DNA of 64,000 nt from Phenylobacterium sp. Its GTDB lineage: Bacteria > Pseudomonadota > Alphaproteobacteria > Caulobacterales > Caulobacteraceae. Positions 53,213 through 61,862 of this stretch are shown here, in pieces. The notes beneath the pieces were generated by a model, which was given only the letters and a program-made list of their open reading frames with translations, was not told the origin of the DNA and made no database searches. Numbering within the stretch: position 1 is the first letter of the stretch; every line of letters begins with the position of its first letter. The translations under genes and the position numbers were made by a program. Location of the stretch: NCBI GenBank assembly GCA_045802455.1, contig JBJMQX010000154.1, positions 6,925-70,924 on the forward strand, read 5' to 3'.

Positions 53213-54717
53213 CGGGCTTCCTCCTGGTCCTGCATGACCAGGACGTCGGTGTTGGCGTGCTTGCGGTTCCGCACCAGCCGCCACGCGTGCAGGACGGCGC
53301 CGGCGAGGCGGTCTATGTCGGCCGGGGTCAGCGGGCCTGAAATGATCGAGAACCGCAGAACCCAGCGGTCGCGCCATGAGGCCCCCGCGGCAAAGCAGAC
53401 GTTCTCTTCCTGCAGCTGCGCGATGACCGCGCGGGTCGCTGCGTCGCGCTCATCCGCCGGGCCTTCCCCGAAGCCGACGATGACCTGGTTGAGGACCACC
53501 GAATTGATGACCCGGACACCGGCCTCGCCGGCCAGCCGTTCCGCCAGCCGACGGGCCAGAGCGCAGTGGCGGCGCACCATCTCGATGACGCCCTGACGCC
53601 CGAGGGTCCGCAGCATCGCCCAGACGGCGAAGCCACGCGCGCGGCGGGACAGCTCCGGCGCGAACTGCGCGGGGTCATATTCGTCGTCCGCCGCCGGTGG
53701 AAGGTAGCTGGCGACAATCGACATCGCGGCGCGGTGAACGCCGCGGTCGCGGACGATGGCGAAGCCGCAGTCGTACGGGAGCTGGAGCCATTTGTGGCCG
53801 TCCGTGGACCAGGAGTCGGCCTGGTCGAGCCCGGCTGTCAGAGGCTCCATTTCGGGGACGGCGCGGGCCCACAGACCGAATGCGCCGTCGACGTGAAGCC
53901 AGGCGCCGTGGGCCCTGCAGGCTTCGGCGATCGCCGGCATCGGATCGAACGCGCCCGTGTTGATCTGGCCGGCCTGCGCCATGACGATGGCCGGGCCGTT
54001 GCCGACCGCGAGCGCCGCCGAGAGGGCGTCGGCGTCCATTCGTCCCTCGGCGTCGCAAGGAATGACCGCCGTGCGGGCTCCGAAGCCGAGGTAGCGCAGG
54101 GCCGACGTGATCGTCGAATGAGCCTCGGCGCCGAGGAACAGCCGCACGGCCGGCGCGCCGGTCAGCCCCGCCTCTTCGACGTCCCAGCCGACCCGCGCCA
54201 GCACGGCGTTGCGCGCCGCGGCCAGGCAGACGAAGCTCGCCATCGTCGCGCCCGTCACGAACCCCACGGAGCATTCGGGAGGCAGGCGCAGGATATTCAA
54301 GAGCCAGCGGGAACTGACCTTCTCCGCCATCGCCGCCGAGGGCGCGAGGGCGTAGTTGCCGGCATTCTGGCCCCAGGCGCTGGTCATCATGTCGGCGGCG
54401 ACGCCGACCGGATGCGAGGCGCCCACCACCCAGCCGAAGAAGCGTGTTCCGCCGACCCCCGATAGGCCCGGCTCCGCGGCCCAGGCGAGGCTGTCGATGA
54501 CGCTGACGCCATCCTCGCCGGCCTCCGGCGTGGGGCCGTCGAAGCGGCGATGCAGCTCCGCAGCGGGACAGGTCGGCCGCGGGGGACCGTCTGTGAGCGC
54601 GTTGCGAAACCCGATCGCATGGTGGAGCGCCCGGGCGAAGTGGGCGTGGTGGGCGGAGCCGGCCTGCGCGGACGAGCTCGCCCCCGCACCCTGCTCGAGG
54701 CGGGAGGCAGTTTTCAT
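53209..54717 (-). CDS. Group II pyridoxal-dependent decarboxylase family protein
   Basis: STDGHKWLQLPYDCGF (PLP lysine context). GFVTGATMASFVCLAAAR. ATGA overlap with the downstream CysK-like gene. Confidence 0.85.
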   Translation of the reverse strand: MKTASRLEQGAGASSSAQAGSAHHAHFARALHHAIGFRNALTDGPPRPTCPAAELHRRFDGPTPEAGEDGVSVIDSLAWAAEPGLSGVGGTRFFGWVVGASHPVGVAADMMTSAWGQNAGNYALAPSAAMAEKVSSRWLLNILRLPPECSVGFVTGATMASFVCLAAARNAVLARVGWDVEEAGLTGAPAVRLFLGAEAHSTITSALRYLGFGARTAVIPCDAEGRMDADALSAALAVGNGPAIVMAQAGQINTGAFDPMPAIAEACRAHGAWLHVDGAFGLWARAVPEMEPLTAGLDQADSWSTDGHKWLQLPYDCGFAIVRDRGVHRAAMSIVASYLPPAADDEYDPAQFAPELSRRARGFAVWAMLRTLGRQGVIEMVRRHCALARRLAERLAGEAGVRVINSVVLNQVIVGFGEGPADERDAATRAVIAQLQEENVCFAAGASWRDRWVLRFSIISGPLTPADIDRLAGAVLHAWRLVRNRKHANTDVLVMQDQEEAR

Positions 54718-54735
54718 GGAAGGAGTCCGTCCCGG

Positions 54736-55662
54736 TCAGGAAAAGGTCGGCGCCGCCGCGGCGATCGTGTCGCGCATCCGCGGGCTGAGCTCGCCGAGCG
54801 TTTCGAGGAACTTCGGGTGCGACATGCCCGAGCCGATGTAGGTCCACCGGTTGGCCTGGTGCTGGACGTGGGTGAAGGCGGCGCTCTGATCCTCGTCGAG
54901 CGTGCGGCCGATGGCCCGCTCCAGCGCCACCATGTCGAAGAGCACCTGGTGCTTCAGGCCCTCGTCCAGGAAGGCGCCCAGCGCCAGGTAGCCTTCGATC
55001 CCGGCCTGGATATCCGCCTCGCTCATGCCATCGGCGATGGTGCGGACCATCAGGGTGTCCAGCTGGGCGTGTTGGTATTCCTCCATCCAGTGATGCAGCA
55101 GGAGGTCCTTGAACTGGGCGTCCAGGTCGCCGGCGTCGCGCACGCTCTCCTGGAAGTGGCGCTGGGTCATCCACTCGATGTGCAAGGTGAGCAGGGCCAC
55201 CGAAAGCGGCGGGCGTGACAGGACGTTGGCGGCGATGTCCGCGGGCGGACCGATCACGTTGCAGGCGACGCCGAAACCGGCCGTGAAGGCCTCACGGAAG
55301 CGGCGGAACAGGTGGATGTGCTTGGCTTCCTCGGCGGCGAACTCGAGGAAGGCGCGGGCCCGGTAGTCCTCGCCGTTGATGTACGGACGCGCGTGGTCGA
55401 GCACGAACGGCAGGATGAACTCCTCGACCAGGCCGAAGATGCCCAGATAGGCGTGGCCGCGGATCTGGTTGAGCTTCAGCTGCTCATTGGGCGAGAGGAA
55501 GACCAGCTGGGTCGCCCGCGCCAGGCTCTCAGGCATGAACGCCTTCGAGAAGTCGAGCCGCTTGTCGTCGTTGATCAGATCTTCGACCCGCCAGGTAATG
55601 CGCTCCGCGCGCTCCAGGCAGTCCTTGAAGGTGTAGGGATAGGTCATCGCGGGTCGCTCCAT
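54736..55662 (-). CDS. Ferritin-like di-iron oxygenase, AurF/CmlI-like
   Basis: Di-iron ligand pattern: LVEEF, AAEEAKHIH (ExxH), HIEW, HHWMEEYQH (Hx3Ex2H). Confidence 0.7.
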   Translation of the reverse strand: MERPAMTYPYTFKDCLERAERITWRVEDLINDDKRLDFSKAFMPESLARATQLVFLSPNEQLKLNQIRGHAYLGIFGLVEEFILPFVLDHARPYINGEDYRARAFLEFAAEEAKHIHLFRRFREAFTAGFGVACNVIGPPADIAANVLSRPPLSVALLTLHIEWMTQRHFQESVRDAGDLDAQFKDLLLHHWMEEYQHAQLDTLMVRTIADGMSEADIQAGIEGYLALGAFLDEGLKHQVLFDMVALERAIGRTLDEDQSAAFTHVQHQANRWTYIGSGMSHPKFLETLGELSPRMRDTIAAAAPTFS

Positions 55663-55777
55663 GGGACGCCGGGCGTCCGTTTGCGGGGCCGACCTTCTAG
55701 GGGCAGGCGCGACGGGGCCGAATGACTGGTCCGCCTAATGACTTGACTGTTCCGCCTGGGCTGTCGCGAATCTGGAC

Positions 55778-56737
55778 ATGGACGCCCTCTCGGATGTGCT
55801 CAGGATCGTCGATCTCTCCGGCGGCGTGTTCATCGATGCGGAATTCACCGATCCCTGGTGGGTGGCCGGCCAGGTGTCGCCGGAATCGTGCCGTCCGTTC
55901 ATGGTCCCGCCGGCGCAGGTGGTGTCGTTCCACTATGTCGTCGAGGGCCGCTTCGAGCTGCGGCTGTGCGACGAGCCTGCCCTGAGCGTCGCCGCCGGCG
56001 AGGCGATCATGATGGCGCGCAATGACCTGCACGTGTTCGGCACGCCCGGCGTCAGCACCCGGCCTGTCGGCATGAGCGAGCTGATTCAGCCGCCGGGCGC
56101 GCAGGGCGTGGCCACGGTCGTGCACGGCGGCGGCGGCGCACGGACGCGTCTGGTCTGCGGCTTCATGGGCGGCAACGCCCAGCTGCGGCCCCTGCTGGAC
56201 AGCCTGCCGGCGGCGATGAAGATCGAGGTGGCCGACCTGCCCGGCGGCGACTGGATCGGCCGCACCTTCAGCTATGCCGCCCAGACGCTGAGCGACGGCG
56301 ACCCCGGCGCCGCGACCGTGCTCGCCAAGCTGTCGGAACTGCTGTTCGTGGAGTCCGTCCGCCGCTACCTGGCTGGTCTGCCGGACGAGCAGACGGGCTG
56401 GCTGGCGGGGCTGCGCGATCCGGTGGTCGGCCGGGCGCTGTCCGTCCTGCATTCCCGGGTGGCCGAGCCCTGGACGGCCGAGGCGCTGGCCGGGGAGGTG
56501 AACATGTCCCGCTCCGCCTTCGCCGACCGCTTCACGACCATCACCGGCCAGCCGCCGATGCGCTACCTGACCGGCTGGCGGATGCAGCTGGCCCGGACCT
56601 ACCTGGCCGAAACCCGCCGCACCGTGGCCCAGATCGCCTTCGAGGTCGGCTACGAGTCCGAGGCCGCATTCAGCCGCGCGTTCCGTCGCGAGTGCGGACA
56701 ACCACCCGCCACCTGGCGACGCCAAGCCGTGAGCTAG
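55778..56737 (+). CDS. AraC-family transcriptional regulator (cupin-like N-domain)
   Basis: C-terminal double HTH (WTAEALAGEVNMSRSAFADRFTTITGQPPMRYLTGWRMQLARTYL...VAQIAFEVGYESEAAFSRAFRRECG). Confidence 0.9.
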   Translation: MDALSDVLRIVDLSGGVFIDAEFTDPWWVAGQVSPESCRPFMVPPAQVVSFHYVVEGRFELRLCDEPALSVAAGEAIMMARNDLHVFGTPGVSTRPVGMSELIQPPGAQGVATVVHGGGGARTRLVCGFMGGNAQLRPLLDSLPAAMKIEVADLPGGDWIGRTFSYAAQTLSDGDPGAATVLAKLSELLFVESVRRYLAGLPDEQTGWLAGLRDPVVGRALSVLHSRVAEPWTAEALAGEVNMSRSAFADRFTTITGQPPMRYLTGWRMQLARTYLAETRRTVAQIAFEVGYESEAAFSRAFRRECGQPPATWRRQAVS

Positions 56738-56837
56738 CGGCCCGGCGTCCCGGCCAAGAATGCCGGGGGCTCGGTCATTCCTTCCCGACCCCGCCCGGCC
56801 CAGGTTCGCCGCCACACATGGTCGAGAGCCGAACCCA

Positions 56838-57266
56838 ATGAACCTTTCCCTCTGGATGCTGCTGGCGTTCGCCGGCTGGACGCTGATGGTGCTGCTGGTC
56901 GGCGTCGGCGTGTACCGCTGGAAGCTGATCCTCACCGGCCGGGCGATGCTGACCAGCTTCCCGGGCGACACGCCGCATGGCGCGCCGGCCTACCGCCGGG
57001 CGACGCGGGCGCACGCCAACTGCATCGAGAACCTGCCCGTGTTCGCGGCCATTATCCTGACAGCGGCCGCAGCCGGCATCGCGCCGCCGCAGATGGGGCC
57101 GCTCGCCGTCGCCACCGTGGCCGCGCGCGTCGTGCAGACCTCGATCCATATGGGCCTGCCGGAATCGAACCTGACGATCGGCGTGCGGTTTTCCTTCTAT
57201 ACGGTCCAGGCCCTGGCGATGATCGCGATGACGGTGCTCATCGTGCTCGCCGCGGCCGCGCGCTGA
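56838..57266 (+). CDS. MAPEG-family membrane protein
   Basis: Start moved to MNLSLWMLLAFAGW. RATRAHANCIENLPVF matches the MAPEG pattern. Four TM segments. Confidence 0.7.
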   Translation: MNLSLWMLLAFAGWTLMVLLVGVGVYRWKLILTGRAMLTSFPGDTPHGAPAYRRATRAHANCIENLPVFAAIILTAAAAGIAPPQMGPLAVATVAARVVQTSIHMGLPESNLTIGVRFSFYTVQALAMIAMTVLIVLAAAAR

Positions 57267-57280
57267 ACGTCGCGGCCGGC

Positions 57281-57934
57281 ATGGAGATCAACGCCGACTT
57301 CACGATCCCCGCGGTGGTCCACGCCGCCGCCATGCCTTGGGTCGCCTCGCCGATGCCGGGCGTGGAGCGCCGGATGCTGGACCGCGTCGGCGACGAGATT
57401 GCGCGGGCGACCAGCATCGTCCGCTACGCCCCCGGCGCACGGTTCTCGCCGCACGTGCACGGCGGCGGCGAGGAGATCCTGGTGCTGGAAGGCGTCTTCC
57501 AGGACGAGCACGGCGACTATCCCGCCGGCGCCTACGTCCGCAATCCGCCCGGCAGCGCCCACCAGCCGCGGACGGAGGTCGGCGCCACGATCCTGGTGAA
57601 GCTGTGGCAGTTCGATCCGCACGACCGCACGACGGTGCGCCTCGACACCGCCGCCGTGCCGAAGCTCCCCTTCGCTGAGGGCGCCTGGGTCCAGCCGCTT
57701 CATTTGGACGCCCGTGAATCGGTGAGCCTGCAGATCTGGGCGCCTCACGCGCACGTCCACATCCGCTCGCACGAGGGCCTGGAGGCGTTCGTCCTGGAAG
57801 GTGGGTTCGAAGAGGCCGGCGAGGCGTTCGCGCGCCATTCCTGGCTGCGTCTTCCGCCCGGCCATGACCTCGAGGCCGCGGCCGGGCCGCGGGGCGCCCG
57901 CCTGTGGATCAAGACCGGTCACCTGGGCCCCTGA
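57281..57934 (+). CDS. ChrR-like cupin domain protein (no anti-sigma N-domain)
   Basis: IVRYAPGARFSPHVHGGGEEILVLEGVFQDEHGDYPAGAYVRNPPGSAH. Confidence 0.8.
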   Translation: MEINADFTIPAVVHAAAMPWVASPMPGVERRMLDRVGDEIARATSIVRYAPGARFSPHVHGGGEEILVLEGVFQDEHGDYPAGAYVRNPPGSAHQPRTEVGATILVKLWQFDPHDRTTVRLDTAAVPKLPFAEGAWVQPLHLDARESVSLQIWAPHAHVHIRSHEGLEAFVLEGGFEEAGEAFARHSWLRLPPGHDLEAAAGPRGARLWIKTGHLGP

Positions 57935-57935
57935 G

Positions 57936-59006
57936 GTGCGCGCCGGGATCGTCATCGTCGGCGCCGGCCTCTGCGGGCTTGCGCTGGCCGAGCGCTTGCA
58001 GCGCGCGGGCGCCGACTACCTCCTGCTCGAAGGCCGCGACCGCCTGGGCGGCCGCGTACTGTCCCAGGCCTCGGGACACGGCGCGTTCGACCTCGGCCCG
58101 ACCTGGTTCTGGCCCAGCCAGGGCCTGATGGCCAACCTGGCCAACCGCCTCGGGCTCGGCGTGTTCGAGCAGTACGCTGACGGCGACCTGCTCCTGGAGG
58201 AGGCCGACGGAAAGGTGATCCGCGCCGCCAGCGCCGGCGCAATGGCGCGATCGTTACGGATCGATGGCGGCATGGCGGGCCTGACCAACGCCCTCGCAGC
58301 GCGCCTGCCCGCGGAGCGGATCCGGCTGGGCGCGACTGTGCGCGGCCTGACCGACCTGGGCGGCGGCATCCGCATCGACTGCGACGGCGGGATCGACGCG
58401 ATCCGGGCCGACCAGGTGGTCTTCGCCCTGCCGCCGCGGCTGCTGGCGGGTTCCATCGCCTTGACCCCCGCGCTCCCGCCCGCCGGCCGGGCTGCCTTGG
58501 CGGCGGTCCCGACCTGGATGGCGGGACAGGCCAAGCTGGTGGCCGTCTACGACGAACCCTTCTGGCGCGCGGCGGGCCTGTCGGGCGATGCGGTCAGCCG
58601 CAAGGGGCCGCTGATCGAGATCCACGACGCCTCGGGCCGCGACGGTCCGGCCGCCCTGTTCGGCTTTGTCGGGATCGCCCCGGCGGTGCGGCGCGCCCGC
58701 CGCGAGCAGATGCTGGACATGGCGCGGCGCCAGCTTGGGCGGATATTCGGCGACGCGGCGCTGCATCCCCGCGAGTTGATCTTCAAGGACTGGGCCTTCG
58801 ATCCGCTCACCGCCACGCCGGATGACCTCACCTTCTTAGGCCAGCACCCGGCGGGCGAGGGGGACATGGCCCTGAACAGCGTCTGGGGCGGCCGCATCCT
58901 TGTCTCAGGTACGGAGACGGCGCGCGAGCACCCCGGGTTCCTCGAGGGGGCGTTGGAAGCGGCCGAAGAGACCGCCCACAGCCTCCTGAAGACGGCCCGG
59001 TCCTGA
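57936..59006 (+). CDS. FAD-dependent amine-oxidase-family oxidoreductase
   Basis: GTG 57936, 2 nt after the cupin stop. Dinucleotide fold IVIVGAGLCGLALAERL...LLEGRDRLGGR. Confidence 0.8.
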   Translation: MRAGIVIVGAGLCGLALAERLQRAGADYLLLEGRDRLGGRVLSQASGHGAFDLGPTWFWPSQGLMANLANRLGLGVFEQYADGDLLLEEADGKVIRAASAGAMARSLRIDGGMAGLTNALAARLPAERIRLGATVRGLTDLGGGIRIDCDGGIDAIRADQVVFALPPRLLAGSIALTPALPPAGRAALAAVPTWMAGQAKLVAVYDEPFWRAAGLSGDAVSRKGPLIEIHDASGRDGPAALFGFVGIAPAVRRARREQMLDMARRQLGRIFGDAALHPRELIFKDWAFDPLTATPDDLTFLGQHPAGEGDMALNSVWGGRILVSGTETAREHPGFLEGALEAAEETAHSLLKTARS

Positions 59007-59036
59007 ATGCCTGGGCGCGACCAACCGAAGGCGTCC

Positions 59037-60260
59037 CTAGGTCTCCACCTGCGCATGGGTCGCGCCGATGGCCGCCGCGATCATCGCCTTCTGAACCGAT
59101 GGAAGGCGGTAGAGCAGGACCGAACGGGCCGCATGCCTGCCGGCCGTGACGGTGCGCTTGACCCATCCCAGGTAGGACTCCTCCGGCAGATACTGCGGGT
59201 GTTCGGTGGAAATGCCCTTCAGCCCCGCCTCCTTCAGAACGCGGGCCTCAGCCGGCGTGAAGTCCTCCAGGTGCCCGACGACGAACAGCGAGGAGGGTGC
59301 GATCATCATGGCCGCGGACTGCAGCGTCGTCGTCGGTACGCCCTCGATTTCCCGCAGTTCGCAGATCAGGCCACGGCTTGCGTAGCCGCGCGCCTGCTGG
59401 AAGGCGCTCACGATGCGGGCGCGGTCGTCGAGGTTCGAGAGGCTGGAAAACGAGACCGGCAAGATGAGCGCCGGCGGCGGTTGCTTTGCCGCTCTGGCGC
59501 GCACGTCCCGCAGGCCGATGGCGATGGTGCCCAGGTCGATCCGCAGCCGGTCGCTCCGCGAAAGCCGGGCTATTTCGGCGCCCTCAAATTCCCGTCCGGA
59601 GACTCCATCGGCGACCGAGCGCCTGAACCGAAGACCGATGACCTGGTTGCCCTTCAGCTCGCGGACGACGTCGACGGAACACCGGACGTCGACCTGGCAT
59701 CCGTTGGAGGCCACGAACGGCGTCCACACCGATACGGGGCCCAGCAGCGAATTCGGCGTGTCGGCGGACAGCGACGGCGTCGACGGCGCCTCCTCCTCCG
59801 CGCCCTCACTGGTCCGCAGATCAATGGGGCGGGCTTCAACGCCGGTCGGCGTGACCTGCAGCACCTCGTGCACCGTAAGATCAGCGGGCTCTGCGGCGCC
59901 CAGGAAGTGGGTCAGGATCTCGCGCAGCACACGCACGCAGAACGCCTGGCCGGCCAGCCGGCTAAGCTCCGGCTGGCAGATCAGGATGTCGGTTTCCGAG
60001 ATGCGCAGGTGGTAGCCATGCAATCCGATCTGACGATCGAGGAGTGCGTGGATGTGGGCGTGCACGTGCTCGCCGCGCGCCGGCCATCGGCTTCCGAAGC
60101 GCTGCGCCACGGCGTCGAGGCCGATCAGGTTGACCTTGCCGCTGGCCAAGACCTCCGGATTGGCAAAATGCTCAAGCGCGGCATCCAGCCCCGGCGACAA
60201 CAGCCGCTTGACCAACGGCTCGAAGGCCAGATCCGGCAATGTTTGCGGCAAGGCGCTCAT
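59037..60260 (-). CDS. Hypothetical protein (407 aa). The C-terminal half may be a degenerate EAL-like fold.
   Basis: Ordinary composition and a clean ATG. I recognise no family. LILPVSFSSLSN / ICELREIEG / VVGHLEDF loosely recall the EAL blocks. Confidence 0.65.
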   Translation of the reverse strand: MSALPQTLPDLAFEPLVKRLLSPGLDAALEHFANPEVLASGKVNLIGLDAVAQRFGSRWPARGEHVHAHIHALLDRQIGLHGYHLRISETDILICQPELSRLAGQAFCVRVLREILTHFLGAAEPADLTVHEVLQVTPTGVEARPIDLRTSEGAEEEAPSTPSLSADTPNSLLGPVSVWTPFVASNGCQVDVRCSVDVVRELKGNQVIGLRFRRSVADGVSGREFEGAEIARLSRSDRLRIDLGTIAIGLRDVRARAAKQPPPALILPVSFSSLSNLDDRARIVSAFQQARGYASRGLICELREIEGVPTTTLQSAAMMIAPSSLFVVGHLEDFTPAEARVLKEAGLKGISTEHPQYLPEESYLGWVKRTVTAGRHAARSVLLYRLPSVQKAMIAAAIGATHAQVET

Positions 60261-60697
60261 GATCCGTCGCCGCGACCGAGCGCATCGTGGACGTTGTCGA
60301 AGCGACGCGAGACGGGTGCTCGCTGGTCGAGCAGCACACAGCCGCCATCCACTCGGCGAACACTGATATGCATAGGTGCAATCCCTCGGCTTGCAACTTT
60401 AGATATGCACCTGAGTCATTAAGCCGACATAAGAATTCTAGGTTAACGCCAAAGAAGAATCGCCCTGAACAACTTTTCCGCCGCCGTTCGAATACTGATT
60501 TAGATCTTGCCGTAACCGATGGGCGCGGCGTGGCGCTGCCCTACGTGAAGCAGAACCTGCTGGCTGAAGGCGAAGGTGCTGCAGGAACTGGACCCTGCGC
60601 GCGCTGGTGAGACGCTGTCCCGCATGGAATGCTAGCCAGGCGGGGCAGACTGCGGTCGAGATCCCGATTCAGAAGTGTACGACCCAGGGGGAACGCC

Positions 60698-61705
60698 ATG
60701 AAGACGCAGATCACCGAGCTGTTCGGCATCGATCACCCGATCATCCAGGGCGGCATGCACATGGTCGGCTATGCCGAGATGGCGGCCGCAGTGTCCAACG
60801 CGGGCGGCCTGGGCATCATCACCGGGCTCACCCAGGGGACCCCGGAGAACCTCGCCAAGGAGATCGACCGCTGCCGCGAGATGACCGACAGGCCGTTCGG
60901 GGTGAACCTCACCTTCCTGCCGGCGGTGACCCCGCCGGACTATCCGGGCTTCGTCGAGGTGATCGTGAAGAGCGGCGTCAAGGCTGTGGAGACCGCCGGA
61001 AACAATCCGCAGAAGTGGCTGCCCGCGCTCAAGGACGCCGGGATCAAGGTGATCCACAAATGCACGTCAGTGCGGCATTCGCTGAAGGCCGAGGCGATCG
61101 GCTGCGACGCGGTCAGCGTCGACGGCTTCGAGTGCGGCGGCCATCCGGGCGAAGACGACGTCGGCAACTGGGTGCTGCTGCCCCGCGCGGCCGAGGAGCT
61201 GAAGATCCCGTTCGTGGCGTCCGGCGGCTGCGCGACCGGCAGCCAGCTGGTGGCGGCGCTGGCCCTGGGCGCCGAAGGCATGAACATGGGCACGCGCTTC
61301 ATGGCCACGAAGGAGGCGCCGGTGCATGAGCACGTGAAGCAGGCGATCCTGGCCGCGAGCGAGCTGGACACCCGGCTGATCATGCGCCCGCTGCGCAACA
61401 CCGAGCGCGTGCTGACCAACGCCGGCGTCGAGCGGCTGCTGGAGAAGGAGCGGACGCTCGGCGACAAGATCACCTTCGCCGACATCGCCCCGGAGGTGGC
61501 CGGCGTCTACCCCGCGATCATGAAGGACGGGAAGATGGACGCCGGCGGCTGGAGTTGCGGCATGGTGGTGGGCCTGATCCACGACGTACCCACGGTCGCC
61601 GAACTCATCGACCGCATCATGGGTGAGGCCGAGGAAATCATACACAAGCGGTTGGAAGGGTTCGCGAGCGCACCCGACCACCGACGCTCGGCGGCCAACT
61701 CCTAG
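60698..61705 (+). CDS. NAD(P)H-dependent flavin oxidoreductase / nitronate monooxygenase family
   Basis: Start moved to MKTQITELFGIDHPIIQGGM. GFECGGHPG...ASGG...GAEGMNMGTRF. Confidence 0.9.
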   Translation: MKTQITELFGIDHPIIQGGMHMVGYAEMAAAVSNAGGLGIITGLTQGTPENLAKEIDRCREMTDRPFGVNLTFLPAVTPPDYPGFVEVIVKSGVKAVETAGNNPQKWLPALKDAGIKVIHKCTSVRHSLKAEAIGCDAVSVDGFECGGHPGEDDVGNWVLLPRAAEELKIPFVASGGCATGSQLVAALALGAEGMNMGTRFMATKEAPVHEHVKQAILAASELDTRLIMRPLRNTERVLTNAGVERLLEKERTLGDKITFADIAPEVAGVYPAIMKDGKMDAGGWSCGMVVGLIHDVPTVAELIDRIMGEAEEIIHKRLEGFASAPDHRRSAANS

Positions 61706-61771
61706 GGCCCTTCACCTTCCCGTCGCACCCTCGACGGAAAAAGCCTTATGCGATAGGGCGTTGGCGCGCCC

Positions 61772-61855
61772 GGGGACCTGGCGGAACGGTAGACGCAAGC
61801 GACTTAAAATCGCTCGGAGCAATCCGTCCGGGTTCGAGTCCCGGGGTCCCCACCA
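61772..61855 (+). tRNA. tRNA-Leu (anticodon TAA), type II with long variable arm, CCA encoded
   Basis: The acceptor stem GGGGACC pairs with GGTCCCC. The anticodon stem AGCGA/TCGCT carries the loop CTTAAAA. The variable arm is CGGAGCAATCCGT. The T-arm is CCGGGTTCGAGTCCCGG, followed by ACCA. Confidence 0.9.
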
Positions 61856-61862
61856 GCTTTGC

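Noticed and set aside
60365-60507. Cluster of 6-bp palindromes (ATGCAT, GAATTC, GTTAAC, AGATCT) resembling a cloning polylinker
   Set aside because: The sites are spread over about 140 bp of ordinary AT-rich promoter-like DNA, where such palindromes are expected by composition. There are no vector-like flanks and the neighbouring genes are intact.
61722-61745. Hairpin CCGTCG-cacccT-CGACGG followed by AAAAAG after the nitronate monooxygenase gene, as a terminator
   Set aside because: On the coding strand the stem is followed by an A-run, not a U-run. No minus-strand gene upstream could use it in the other orientation.
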